Shown in pieces: positions 12,545 through 25,471 of a DNA stretch of 64,000 nucleotides. How positions within the stretch are numbered: position 1 is the first letter of the stretch; every line of letters begins with the position of its first letter. The translations under genes were made by a program, and so were the position numbers. The DNA is from Lama guanicoe (Eukaryota), in contig MU054212.1 of NCBI GenBank assembly GCA_013239625.1, forward strand, positions 4,932,270 through 4,996,269, in the 5' to 3' direction. The notes under the pieces are model-generated. The model had not been told where the DNA came from. It worked only from the letters and a program-made list of their open reading frames with translations, and did not search any database.

Positions 12545-12720
12545 CATTACCAAGCATTATTTTGATAATCATAACTGTATTAACTCAGATTTCACAAATG
12601 AAAAAACAGATTTTTATAGAAGAGTAAGTGACATTTTAAATAACTTACTTAAGTTGTTACATGGCAGTTGGGATTCGAACCTGTGTCATCTGATTTCGTA
12701 GTTCACGTCTCATGTTGCAA
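12545..12720 (-). mobile_element. MIR, preceded by (CAT)n-like low complexity
   Basis: atttcacaaatgaaaaaacaga..aacttacttaagttgttac..gggattcgaacctgtg. Confidence 0.65.
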
Positions 12721-13149
12721 AAATCATCTCATTATGACTTTAAACATAACTTTTAAAGGAACAAGTTTCCTAGGTTTCTCATACATTGTAGAATTATTAC
12801 AAAGAAACTCAGAAGACTAAGTTTTCACATAGTTGGGTTGCATCGCAGATGATATTTTGGAAGAAATGTTTCAGAGAGAAAGATGCTCTTAAACGTGAAA
12901 ACACAGTTAATTGGATTTTGACTGTTTATCTGAGTGAGTCGTACCACAGCAAAACCGTTATATCTGTTCCACTGCTGGTTCCCCAGGGAACCACCCCCTG
13001 CATTTATGCCTTGTAGTGTAGTTCTCGCACACACTGATGCTAAGCTTAGCCACGTGACCTTCTTTAGCCAGTTTAACAATCGTAAGCACTACACAAACAG
13101 AAGCTTGATAAACACCTGCAAATTTGGCTTATTCGCTTGTATTACAGTC

Positions 13150-13408
13150 ACAGGTAAAGAAGTCCAAGCTATCTACATGCAGGGAGAACATGTAGAGAGA
13201 GATGTGAATGAGATCTGTTTGGATTTTTTAGCCTAGCCAAACCCACCATCTGAATGCAGCCCAGTGAGTCTATCTACCTTCACATGGAGCAGAACTGTTC
13301 AGCTGAACACAGCCAACCAATAAAATAATGGGAAATAATTAATTGTTGCTATTGTAAGTCATTAATAAATGGGCTAGTTTGTTGCATAGCAATAGTCAAT
13401 CAAAACAC
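13150..13408 (+). mobile_element. Old MLT1 (H/J-like) MaLR LTR, 3' part
   Basis: ctgaatgcagccc..agcagaactg..cagctga..tgttgctattgtaagtcatta..tttgttgcatagcaatag..aaaca. Confidence 0.75.
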
Positions 13409-13429
13409 AGAGAATCTTATTGACTAACT

Positions 13430-14800
13430 TTGTCAGGAATCTTATCTCAGTGGGGGAAAATAATTTATATGAACATAGTAATATCTCATCTGACCTTATG
13501 AATATTCCATTCATATAATTAGTAGAAGCTGGGACAAAATGTATAAACAAGGGCTTTTTAATTCTAAGCTATTTTGTTAATAGAAATATCATTTATTACA
13601 TTATTATCGCCAGTTTTTTAATGCCACAATCAAGGAAGGGATGGTTTCTTTCCAAATATCTTTCATATATATGTTTTATGTATTAACATATGTATGTATA
13701 TTTTATATATATATACACCTATATGTATTTTATTGCCTAGGATATATATAAATGTCATTTTAATTAGTTTAGTTAATTAATAATGATTTAATGTAATTAA
13801 TATAGAGGAATTTATATTTTTTCATTTTTTATTCCATTCTGATGGCTTTATGTTTTAGTTCAACTCATTTATATTAATTATAACTAAAGTAAAATTCAAT
13901 CTTGTTTTCTATTTTTATTTTTTAATTTTTTTTCTATCCATTTTTAATTGAATTTCTTCTGTTGCTTATATTCTTTGTGTCATAATTATTCTTAACTGAA
14001 AACCTGAGCACAAGTTTCACACCTCTGTTGATTCCTTTACAAAGATCTATAATTAATATTTTTTACCCTTTGAACTCCATTTATTTCCTCCTCTTCATTT
14101 TGATATTTTTTAAGATTTTAATTATGTATTGTTATGAACATACTTCTTTTTCTTTGACCTTAGGTTTTCGCTCTTTAGACGTCAATTAACATTTTCTAAG
14201 GTTTTTGGTTACACTTACATCCCCCATTTCTTAAGCTCATCTCTGGTGTTTGTGTTTCTCCTTATTTAAGGTGTAGCACTCTTACAGTATTGTCTACATG
14301 AATTATTTGTTGACTGTTTTGCTGTGTACAAAATTCAAGGTTAAATATTCATTTCACTCAGTATTTAAAAAATTAATTCTCTGTTTACTTTTTGCTTCCA
14401 GTGTTGCTTTTAAGAGCACTGATACATTTTTTTCTTTGTAAGTTACATATTTTTCCTCTTTAATAGCCTTTAGAATTTTTTCCTTTCCTTTGATAATTTT
14501 GAATTTTTTTGCAATGTGTCAAGATACTAGTTTGTTCATTTGCTTCTTATTTGACTCTGTATTCCCTGGTCTTTCATTTTTCTATAATTCTGGGAAATCT
14601 GCTGCTATTGTACCATCAAATGCTTATTACTGTCCATTTTAAATTCTTTGTCATCTGGTAAACTATTATCTTATTTTATTCCTCATAAAATTTGTCTTTC
14701 ATATTTTCTGTAATTTTATGCTTTTCCTGTCAACTTCGGGAGTTCCTCAATCTGATCTCTAAGTGACTAATTTGCTAAAATGAAGCTTGGTGGTGGTGGT
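13430..14800 (-). mobile_element. Ancient L1/HAL1 ORF1-region fragments
   Basis: T-rich tract with tgtacaaaattcaaggtt, ttttgcttccagtgttgct, ttcagttctggg-like motifs of reverse old L1. Confidence 0.6.
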
Positions 14801-16194
14801 ATTATTCTTGTTTCATATTCCTCATGTCTTTCTTGTCTCAAGAATAGTTTCAATTTGAGGCCTACTTCTTCCAATAATTTTTTTTTCAGACTGTACATGT
14901 TTTCCAGTGGCTTTGGTTATGAGGGGTGTCATTTTTTATCACAGTCATGCTCCTTGAATTCATGTATTTTGCGTACTAATCGCATGCTTCTTCTCAGTCT
15001 GGGATGTGCATTGTGGAGGGGAAAAGACCAGGGCTTGGTGTGTCAGTCAGCTTACTTCAATGAGAGGGGAGTGAGTAAGTCTCAGGATAGTATGCAAACC
15101 TCTGGGAGACTCGCTAAGTAAGACTACATGAGATCTGACATTCTCTGTTTGCAGATCCAAAGCAAACTGTCTTCCTACAATCTAACTTGAACCTACACAC
15201 TCACAATATGCACCAGTTTTCTCTTGTGCCTTTTGAATAATTAGAGAAAGATAAGCTCACACACAACCACATTATATTTTCCTTTCTTTTCTATATTGGG
15301 TCACATAAATGCAATTTCTTTATTCCCATGTTATCTCTATAGTGGCTTAATAAAAGTTGTTATTTTTAAAATAAGATGACTTCTTGTTTAACATATGGTA
15401 CATCTTAGTTATTTCCCTCCCTGAGGAAGAAGAAAAATAATTTATTCAGGCTGATCTTTAATATGACTTGCAAATTTTCTAAAGTTGCTAACTATTGGCA
15501 TTCTAGTTCTGTAAACTAACTATTCAACCTTATTGGGAAGTTTTGATTTTCTATTATCTGTAGGATTTCAATTGTTTTTATTTAGTCAATTTCTCAGAAT
15601 AGCTTTGCAGATAGTATTGGTGTCCATTATCATTTTCACAAGGCAGAAGTTTCTAGAACATATGGCACATTTCAATGACATTAAAAACTAAAGTGTATGG
15701 GTTAGCAAAAGTTTCTGTATGAAATTTAAGATTTAAGCTTATTGAGTCTACATTCTCCCTTATTGCTAATATTGTACAAGAATCATAGAAAGGATTATAT
15801 CCTATACATGTATGAGGGGGTGCTTAAGCTGTGACTATTTCACAATTTAATGCGTAGAAGAACATTTAGATTAGTTCACAGTGCTAATTATAGCATTTCC
15901 ATAGCTTATAAAAATAGGGCAGTCAAAAAAATAAAATCTTAAACAAAAACATAAATAAATAATACCAAGCTAAGCCCTAAATTCTTTTGTTTAAAAATGT
16001 TGCTTTAGGCTGAGAAAACAGTAAGATCTGTACTATTTCTGTAACCAGTGAGCTCCTCATATATATTAACTCCTTATAATTTACAATGAGATATAAAATA
16101 TATGTTTTTCTCAAGGAATTTTTAGTATATTTTAATTTGTAAAATGTATGTATTTTGAAGCTGGCAATGACCCTGAATATTACATGGTCTCTAA

Positions 16195-16300
16195 TTCTAA
16201 AATATTGAGGTTCAGTGAGGCCAACTATGTTTCTCAGATGAAAAAGAGAATTTGGTGGCACAACCAGAACTAATACTTGGACTCCTGACCCCCAGCCAAC
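16195..16300 (-). mobile_element. MIR fragment
   Basis: tgaggttcagtgagg..tggtggcacaaccagaacta..ctcctgacccccag. Confidence 0.5.
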
Positions 16301-17261
16301 TGAAGTTGCTGTGTGTCTGCCATCTCCCCCACCCCGCCATCACCAGATGAGGACATTCTATTGATAACCGAACCTTTGTCTCAGTGTTTTTTTTTTCCAA
16401 GTCAGAATATACAATAGGCTGGCATGTAGGAACAAATCTATCAAATAGTTTATAAATAGCTGAGAATCAAGATTAATTTATATCCTTCAAAATTAAAACA
16501 AAGAACAGCATGAAGTAGAGTGAAATTAATTAAGATTTAAAATGCGTACTTACAAAGGAAATTTCCAAACTCTGATAAGGAGAATTTGCTTCAATCTTAG
16601 ATTTCTTTATAACCGCAAAATAGAAATCTCTAACGATAACGACCACAAATGCTCATCCTCTGTGACTCTGCCCCTGTTTCTGAGTCCTAGGAGGGCTCAT
16701 GGTTTCTTCTGTCCTTCCCATGTAATGATGAAGTTTCAAATTTTGCACCACTTGCAAAGTTAATTTGTGTGCTTGTTTACCACTTCTGCCAGATATTTAA
16801 TGAATATCTTTCATAAGACAAGATCTAAAACCATTCTGTTTCTCACAGCTCAATTAATTTTATCATACTTAAATTTTAGTTTTAAATGTAGTTGATAATC
16901 GAGGTATATATACAAACTTTATTTTTTACTGAAGATTGCAAGGTGCCTGTTAACATAATCCCCATATTTTAAACCTTATGTGTTTTTTCCTAATTTAAAA
17001 AAAAAACTTTTCTGCCAAACTAAGGGAATAAAGACATTAATAGGAAACTGGGAAGTTAGTGGACTTTGAGGATTTGAGGTGCGAACATTGTATATAATAA
17101 AATCATGGAGTAGTAACTTTGGAGAAAAAAAAGACAATGAAAAGTCTGCTGCTAAAAGCTGTACCCAAGGTAGCTGGGATACATGTTTTTTTCCCAAAAT
17201 TCATTTAGTCCATATCACTGTCCCTAATCTCACATGACTCCTTCTTTGATACCTGATCACC

Positions 17262-17475
17262 TTTAAGCATAATGTTTAAAAATGCAAATTCTGAATCTAA
17301 TTTTGCCTGGGTTTAGATCCTAGCTTTGTCATTTACTAGCTGTCTAATATTGGGGACAATTATTTGTGCCTCAGTTTCTTTATCTCTGTAATGGGAGGAA
17401 CATTAAGTGAGGATATCCTCTAGAAAAGTTCCTAATATGTTGGAAACACTCTTTTAAGTGTTTATTGTTGTAATT
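17262..17475 (+). mobile_element. MIR
   Basis: gcctgggtttagatcctagctttgtcatttactagctgt..gcctcagtttctttatctctgtaatggg. Confidence 0.8.
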
Positions 17476-17504
17476 ATTTGTTTTTATTTTGTCTTCTTGG
17501 ATAC

Positions 17505-17639
17505 GGTGGCTTCTTTGAACAGACATTAATATTTTCCAATCAAAACAACCCAGCCAGGTATCCTGATCTTCAGCAGCCTCCAGAGGGCACAGACTAATAA
17601 GGTTCCTTTTCATTATTTCAGTAATGATCCATTGAATTT
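17505..17639 (-). CDS. Candidate internal coding exon (135 nt, phase 1 to 1), product unknown
   Basis: Acceptor tgtgttAG|, donor ACC|gtatcc, open frame IQWIITEIMKRNLISLCPLEAAEDQDTWLGCFDWKILMSVQRSH; splice sites only moderate. Confidence 0.3.
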
Positions 17640-18761
17640 CTAACACATATTGTCAATCAGCCAATAAAAGATCAGTAAAATAGATACTTAATTAAATGAC
17701 TATTCATTTTAGCTAGGATGTTACTGTTCATTCTTCAATTTGATTCTTAGTTTTATGATCCATCACATGGCTAAAGGTGAACTTCCAAATTGTTTAGTAA
17801 TAATTACTTCAGATTCTCTATTTTTTTGAGAAATGATTGACTTTCTTTTTAAAAGAGCTGCTTTTTTTCTTGGGTTTCTTCAATAAACTCTGGCTTACAT
17901 ATAGAGATAAAGCATCAGTTGAAGTTTCCGTTAACTTTTACAAAAAGATGATAATAATAGGAACATCTAATTTAAGAACATAGTCCTTCCTAGGATTATT
18001 CACTGCCTTTTCTATCTTGAAAATACTTATTAGAACCTGATCCTTGGGTCATAAGTGGAGATGGGAGGTGTAGTTACACAAAATATTTTAACAAATCCTA
18101 CGTTATAGATGAGAAATATATATATCTTAGAATTTATATATGTTCAGAAATATGGTATAAATAATCAGAAAGCTCTAGTCATTTAGAAACATAAAATATT
18201 TTTTCAACAGTCCCACAACTGGATCCACTGTTGCAAAAATGTGGCAATAGTATTACAGGATGAGTTGAATCAGTGGACAATATATGACCAGAACAGATAC
18301 TAGTTCTTTCTGAGATTTGCTGGTTTGTGAAACAGGTTTTCATTCAAGTAGAACTGATTCATATTGAATTCCATGGGCATTTGAACAAGTACTCGGTTTC
18401 AGTAGGAAGTCCTCTTTAAATTGCCTGAATAGTTGTTGAAAAACAGAAAAGGTATTCTACGAGTTTGGTGAACTAAACAATACAGTGAAACCATTGACCA
18501 GTTATTTCTGTAGAGCATAACTCTTATAATTAAAAATCTAAGCTGAAATTTTGATATAATTATTTTCTACAGGAAGTGACACTAAAGGCTGTAGCTTTTT
18601 TCTTAGAATATATATGATAAAATAAAATGAATACTTATATATGAATGAACACTAAACAAAAAAACAAAGAAGAAAGGAGAAGAAAACCCTGAATTTAGGC
18701 CAGTTGGTACAAAAAGCGTTCTAAAATACATTCACAGAACCATCAGAATGATTATGACTCG

Positions 18762-18946
18762 AGGGAGGAGGGGATCGCTTAGTGGTGGAGTGCTCACCTA
18801 GAAAGCACAAAGTCCTGGGTTCAGTCCCCAGTACTGCAACTAAAAAATGAATGAAAACCTAATTACCTACTCCCCAGAAGTACACAGCACTGTATGTTAA
18901 TTATATCTCAGTAAAACTGGAAGGGAAAAAAGAATGTTAAAAAACA
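18762..18946 (+). mobile_element. Camelid Vic-1-like tRNA-derived SINE (18762-18875) fused to an L1-type 3' end (18876-18946)
   Basis: A box tcgcttagtgg, B box ggttcagtccc, then aaacctaattacctactcccc and ttaattatatctcagtaaaactgg plus A-tail. Flanking repeats agaatgattatga(c/t)tcg at 18745-18761 and 18947-18963. Confidence 0.85.
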
Positions 18947-20402
18947 AGAATGATTATGATTCGTGAGAAATTCATTAGCATGCTACTCTGTCATTGGATG
19001 GGAGATGAGCCTTGAGCATTGGAAATTTCCATACTTGTTCTCTTGGAAATTTTCAAAAAGCCACTTTTTTTTTTCTTTTAAGGTGGAGAAGCTATTAACA
19101 AAAATAGTGATGGCTATGTTTTTTTTTTCCTAGTTTTTGTAAAATCTTAAGAAAATTTAGCACATTAAGATTTATTCATAAAACAAACCCCATAAGAATG
19201 AAGAGTGTATTCTTTAGAACTGAATTAAACAAGGCCTACATTAAGCATCTTTGGATTGATTACCTGTACATTGTCTTTATCCTCTACCTATTTTCAAACA
19301 TTCCTCTTCACCTCCACCATCTCCCCTGTAATTGAGTACTTCACCCTTCTCTACTTGAACCATTCCACTCTGACGTTGACATTTCTACTCGTCTGATTTT
19401 ATATATTGCCCAAGGCTGTATATTAGAAAACACATGCATCTAATTTCCTACAAGTCATTTCTACCCATGAAGGAAACTTTCAGTCTTGTATTTTATCTTT
19501 TTTCAGACAGGATTATTGGTTTTTCCTATAACAGGGAAGACAAAGAAAGAAGGCGCTTAAAAAAGAAAGATTATGAGTTCTGTTTTATGTTTGCTGATTA
19601 ATAGTAATGATGAAGTAGCCAAAAAAGCATGCTCAGTAAGCATTTATAAATAGGAAATTAGCAATCAGGAAGAGGACAATTAGACATACAGATTAACAAG
19701 TCCTTTACCTTGAGTTTGAAGCCATGGTAGTTTTTTTTTTAAGTAATATTTATAAGTGCTACAGGCTAAACATCTACATAATCAATCCTCAGGAAGGATG
19801 AATTCTTTTAACATAAGTTGAAATATATGATAAAGTAAAAATTGAACAAGCAACCAAATAATGAAGGAAAACAGACTGAAACTATTTTCAAACACTGAAA
19901 TACAAAGTAAAGTAGTTTTGGTAATTATTTTATAATAATTTCATAGATTTTAAAATCCCTTTACATTATAAAATTAATTGTTCCCCTAATTCTATATTGA
20001 AACATAGGGTAAACTGGAAAGAAAATCATACTTACATTTTTAAAACTAGATTTTGCTCCTAATTTTGCTAAACAAAGCATATATTTATTTGTTTATTCAC
20101 CTAATGTACATTAGTCAGCAAATTGTTTACACATCTATGCTTATTTTCTCATCTGTTAAAAGTAGCAATTTTTATATAGCAGTTAATGTGTTATATGACA
20201 TACGTCATGTAATAACATCATATTACTTGCCAAGTAGTAATTTGTATATTACAAATATTTAATGTTGATATAGCTTATAGTCATTATTTAACTTATTGTT
20301 TTTCATCTTTGAGCCGAAACTCATGCTATTTTTTGTTTTTCCACCTCCTATTTGTTAATCAACCAAATATAAAATTCTCAGGTGGTGCTGAGTGCATACA
20401 AC

Positions 20403-20681
20403 CATTGCCAGAGGCTGAGAGGCTATTGATTTGATAGTTGTTGTTTTTGGATCAGTGTGAGTCTGGCACTTCTAAGGACTTTTTGCAGCCAACCCATCTT
20501 GGCTCACTGGGCAAAGTAAACTCCCAGGCCAATAAGAGAGACCTGCTGAGTAAAATAAATCACTTGAAATGGCACAAAAGCAAGAGTTCTTTTCATTTTT
20601 CGGTCCCGGATTGTGTTGATCTTCTTCCATCAAACACATATGCTATCGTGGGACCACAGGTGACAGAAGGATCTTTAAAAG
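20403..20681 (-). pseudogene. Exon-like segment (279 nt, phase 1 to 1) with three in-frame TGA codons
   Basis: Strong acceptor tttattctttcactgcAG|, donor ATG|gttgta; FKDPSVTCGPTIAYVFDGRRSTQSGTEK*KELLLLCHFK*...PRWVGCKKSLEVPDSH*SKNNNYQINSLSASGN. Confidence 0.25.
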
Positions 20682-21479
20682 CTGCAGTGAAAGAATAAAC
20701 AACCATTCACTTTCTTAGGTGAGACTATAATGTCAAACAAAGAGGATAAAAAAATAAAAAGGGAGAAGAAAAAGAAGTGGACTGTTTTAGGCCTACTGAT
20801 AACCTTTCTAATTTAATTAATCTTCCATCTCATGAATCTAGATAGGAACAGCATATACACTCTCAGATTGTTTATTTAAATTACATTAAAATATGCTTTA
20901 GAATTATTAATATGTCAAACTATGTTTTTCCATATGTAGAAATACATATATATACATATATATACACACACACATCTGGACTATGTCATTGCTTAACTTA
21001 AAATCATTTCATACTTTTGTCTGTTCTCAGTGTGACTAGGGAATAAATGCTTAGAGATATGTTTCTTTAAAAATTTGCCTGATTTTAACATGGTTATTGA
21101 TTTCTTTTCTGAAATTTCATTGGCATGCAGAAAGCTTATGCTTCTGAAATGGTAGAAATTCTTTATTAAAATAGTTAGGTGTGGTTTACTTAAGAATTTG
21201 CCCCTGCCCTAAAAGATCACCAGTTATATCAAAAATGCAACTGTATGCAACTTATTTCCTGGGACAGACTTAGGTTTAGGACATAAGCTCATTAAAACTC
21301 TGTTGAACTGAATTAATTTACTATTTTTAAATTAATGAACACATTTCTTTGAATTCTGTCCATTTTGTTTATAATTTGAAATATTTGCCAACCTTCCAAA
21401 CTGACCAGATGAGTGTAACAACTGGCTGTGTGATTACAATTTGAGTAATGAAGAGCTCAGTATTTAAAAGCAGAAAATT

Positions 21480-21600
21480 CTCCTCCACCATAGCTCTGTG
21501 ACCTTGTGTAAGACAGCTCCCCTGAACCTCAGTTATTTTTTCTTTATCCATGTAATTGGAATGATGATATCATCTCCATAGTTCATCAGGATTATAATGG
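21480..21600 (+). mobile_element. MIR core
   Basis: tagctctgtgaccttgtgtaag..cctgaacctcagtt..tttatccatgtaattggaatgatgat. Confidence 0.7.
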
Positions 21601-22229
21601 TTATTCTCCTGGCTGGGATTTTGAACTATTGGAATAAACTTCGATACAAGAATAATGTAAGTCTATTGGAAAACTCTTGTAAAATACCCTTTATGTTTCT
21701 CTAGCACTTGATCTCCTCAGCATAGGTACTGTTTTTTCACCTCTTACTCATTATCACTGACCTCTTTTGGAGCCTCTCCAGACATCCACATGTCTCTTAA
21801 ATACTTTGGTTGAGAAGTGGAGGTAATACTATTCTGAAACAGATGGAAAAATTTGGCTCTTCTATATAGAAAGGCAATTACCTCAGCACAATATTTTTAA
21901 TATTGCCATTAGTGGTTTTTTAATATCTTAATATCATAACAAAAAACTTTTTAAGAGTGTTATATTAAAGTTCATATCATTATTCTGGTACAGTGGCAGT
22001 TATACACAAATTTTCACTATGAAAGCAACACCAGAATGCTGGTTATTTTCAAGAAGAAGGGGCTCACAACCGTACAAGTTTGTGGAATCACATTAGTTTT
22101 TATGAGAAAGTTTTGTGCGAGAAATCATAAACTCTGAGGGTAGAATTGAAAGCATCAGTGAAAGTCATCATTGTGATGAGCAGAATGAGGAATCACAAAT
22201 AAGCACAATTGCAAGAATACCCATGTGCT

Positions 22230-22800
22230 ATACAGTGGCTTAAACGGATAGATTGTCCTGCCATTCCGTGAAACAGAAAACACCTGAAGAGGATTGGTTC
22301 TGGAAGGAAGAACATGAGTTCAGACTTAGATACACTGAGTGTGAAGTAGGTCTGTGGCTTCAGAAGGGAGGTGTCAGTTAGACTTCAAGTACTGAAAGCA
22401 TGGAGCTCAAAGATTTGGCCTGGCGATTAGTACATTTGCAGTTAGAGGGAACCCACTGAAGTCAGGCTTGTGAATGAAGTGCCCCGGAGAAAGAGTTATC
22501 AAGTGAGAAAAGAAGAGGATCTGAGACCAAATCTTTAGGAAACCTCAACATATAAAAGACAGATATGGGAGAATGAGCCAGCTAAAGATGTACAAAGAAA
22601 TAACGAGAGTAGCTAGGCAAAAATCATGAGTGTATTCAGTTAGTAATTTGAAAAATTGATCAGGAAGAAGAGGGATAAAATGAACAAATGTCCTGTTATG
22701 AATTCAATCAAACACCTGCATTTAATTTAAACAGTAGAAGGATTTCGGGGGCCAAAGCACTATGGGCTAGGGAATTGAGAGATGCAAGGTACATTTTAAA
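22230..22800 (-). mobile_element. L2 fragment
   Basis: atgagttcagacttagatacactgagtgtgaag..ggagctcaaaga..gagaaaagaagagg..aatgagccagctaaag. Confidence 0.75.
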
Positions 22801-22814
22801 TGAATGAGCAGGGA

Positions 22815-23990
22815 AACTTCTGGAATGGCTGAATGAGGAACAAAACCCTCACACAACCATCAAAGTTAAGAGGAGTAAACCCTCTTCTTATAAAGCAATG
22901 ATAAAAATGGACACAATTGTCAAAAACAACTACTTTAGAATTCTTGAAATTGACCGAAGACATACAAAATTGAGAAATGCTTATTCAAGTCCTGAACTTC
23001 TGTAAAATAGTGGGGATTTCTGATGTTTTAGCATGAGAAGGGTCTTCCACTTCTTCCAGTACCACTCCTTTCATGGAGTACAGGGCAGGGCATGAGGACC
23101 TGCCTCTTTGCTGCCAAAGGGCCTGATTTGATTTGGTATGGGAACTTGGAATAATCTAGGCCAGGGCACACTGTTGAAAATAACAGAGAAACAACCCAGG
23201 AACAATAGCAAATAAGGTAGGGTGGCCAACTTCACACCGAGTTCAATGCCATACTACAGTCTGGGGGAAGCAACAGACCAGTGGACCAGCCATACCTTTA
23301 ACAGACGTTCTGGGGAACTTGTCTTGATAAGACAAGTAGACTCGACTTTCACATAATCATGAGGGTCTTGATAAGCTTTCACATAATGAGGTGGTCTGGA
23401 ATGTTGTGGGCTTACGCAGGATCCCTGCAAACTCAGGAAAGATTAGAGAAAGCCCTGATTTTCTCTTTGTCTTTGCTGGCCGTTAGGCCTTGAGCATAAA
23501 GAAATTAAATGCTGGAAAAGGTTTGTAAAGACATTGAACTTTGAATATGTTTCCACAGATCTGTCAGCAAAGAGTAAAGGCTATTGGTTTAATGATTTTA
23601 AGTACAACTGCTTACCAACCATTGGCTGACAACTGAACTATGTTGACCAAAGAGGGACCCCTAGGAAGCCTGGCTTAAAAATGAAAATAAAGAAAAATAA
23701 TGATAAAAATTGGGCGGAGACTTTAGTGGCCACTCATTTAACGGAAGACGTGCTCTTTTGAATTATCCCAAGCAAACAAACAAAAGAAGGGTTAATTACA
23801 ATCTAGGGCTGAAATAATATATTACCTACAATGTTCATTTTTTTAGAAAAGAAAAAAAATAAGACTAGCAAAGAAACAGGAAATTGGAATTTATGCACTT
23901 GGAAAAAAAATGTAACTGGAAATGTCACTGATGAGGGATTTACAGAGAAAGAATTCAAAGAAGCTATTATAAATATGTTTCGTGAACTCT
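22815..23990 (+). mobile_element. Old L1 (L1MC/MD/M4-like) 5' UTR to ORF1 start
   Basis: acttctggaatggc..aaaattgtcaaaaacaactactttagaattcttgaaatt..ttcaaagaagctattataaatatgttt. Confidence 0.7.
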
Positions 23991-24029
23991 ATCTAAATAT
24001 GCTTAGGAAACTCGATCTATCTATCCATG

Positions 24030-24600
24030 GCATATAGTGTCATTTTAATTTTACCCTCTTGGTTGAAGCAGCAATCATAAGCCCACCCAGATTCAAGGGG
24101 AAGCAACATAGACTCACCTGTCCATGAGAAGAATGCCAGAGAGAGAGATTTAGCAGCCATGTTTTACAGCCACCACAGCCTGCCCTCTAACTGCAATTTA
24201 TTTACTCGCCTTCTGCAAGTAAATACACGTTTCTCCTTCCAACACCCAAAACGCACTTCAAGTTTCATTCCATTATAACATCAGACTTAAGGTTATACCA
24301 AGGATCTCATCATCTAAATGAAGTCCAGGTGCAGAAGAGGTTCCTTGAGTTTGGTTGCTCAAGTGTGATTTTCAGTGTGAACAACTAAGAATTAAAGAGA
24401 TAAATCATTTATCCCCATGCTCCCCACAAACAATGGTAAGACAGACGTAGGATGAGCGTAGTGGACAAGCCCGTACACAAAGGGAGGATTTGGGAGACAC
24501 AGCCGCCACTGGTCAGTATCAGTTCTGAAGACAGCCCAGCAGGCCTGCCAGTTTCTTGATTACGCTTAGTGCTGTTCCCTGAGACTGTTTTCAATGTGTC
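24030..24600 (-). mobile_element. MLT1 LTR 5' end (24030-24177) plus MLT1 internal sequence
   Basis: aagcccacccagattcaagggga..catagactcacc..gcagccatgtttt..ccaca followed by an MLT1-int-like tract (acaatggtaagacag, aaagggagg). Confidence 0.75.
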
Positions 24601-25471
24601 TACTATTTGGGTGTGAAGAAAGGCTTAGAAAAACTGTAGACCCAAGCTAGATTTTAATGAGTTTTTGAATAGACCAGCTTAATTACATGTGAAATGAAAT
24701 AGGCTGTTACAAAATACAGGCGTATATGTAAGATAAAAATGATTTATCACATGATAGTCTGGGTGGTGGTCAGAGCTAGTGTGGTTGCTCAGTAACACTG
24801 AGTACTCCACTTGTTCCAGCTTCTCTAACACCATCCTTAGAGTGTGTACATCCCAAGAAGGACCAAAAACACTTAAAAACATAGAAAACACAAAACTCAC
24901 ATACATAATAAATAACAGCCTTTTTTCAGACCCATTGAAGGTGACTCACTGATGATATAAAATAAAATTATGTTTTCAAATAATATTTAGTTGTATGGAA
25001 AACTGACCCTTTTAAGTTAAGTGGGAAATGAATATAAATTTGCATTTAGAATATAATCTTTATTAAGCACACAAGTATACACATACCTCTTCACATACGG
25101 AAAAGAAAGGAAATTCAAGTCTCTAAAATTTGCAGCTGTTGTTCAATGAGCTAGGAAATTGCATGGATTTAATTTTTTTGAAATAAAAATAATCCTAATT
25201 TTACAAGCCCTTTAGGCATATATAGATATTAGTTTTAAGAGACATTACATCCTTTTGCTTAATTGATACTTTGGTAGTAATATAACTGATTAGAAAAAAA
25301 TAACTAACAGGTGTAATTTCAAATTAGTCTTAGGCGTTTTCTTCCTCAGATGGATTCCTGGAGTGCTTTAATGGTGGATGACTGGAGGCAAAGTCTTAGT
25401 CCTGGTCATGGACCTCATTTACATCATTGCTTTCTTGCCCTCCTGGTTTGGTCACTCCTAACTTAAATTAC

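Noticed and set aside
14780..15121. 113-aa ORF
   Set aside because: Adjoins or overlaps reverse old L1 sequence; no recognisable domain
17497..17504. U12-type intron at donor gtatcc (and gtatct at 4057)
   Set aside because: Neither matches the full RTATCCTT consensus and no U12 branch sequence was seen
18762..18835. tRNA gene
   Set aside because: A and B boxes are present but the cloverleaf is degenerate, and it has a SINE body, A-rich tail and TSDs
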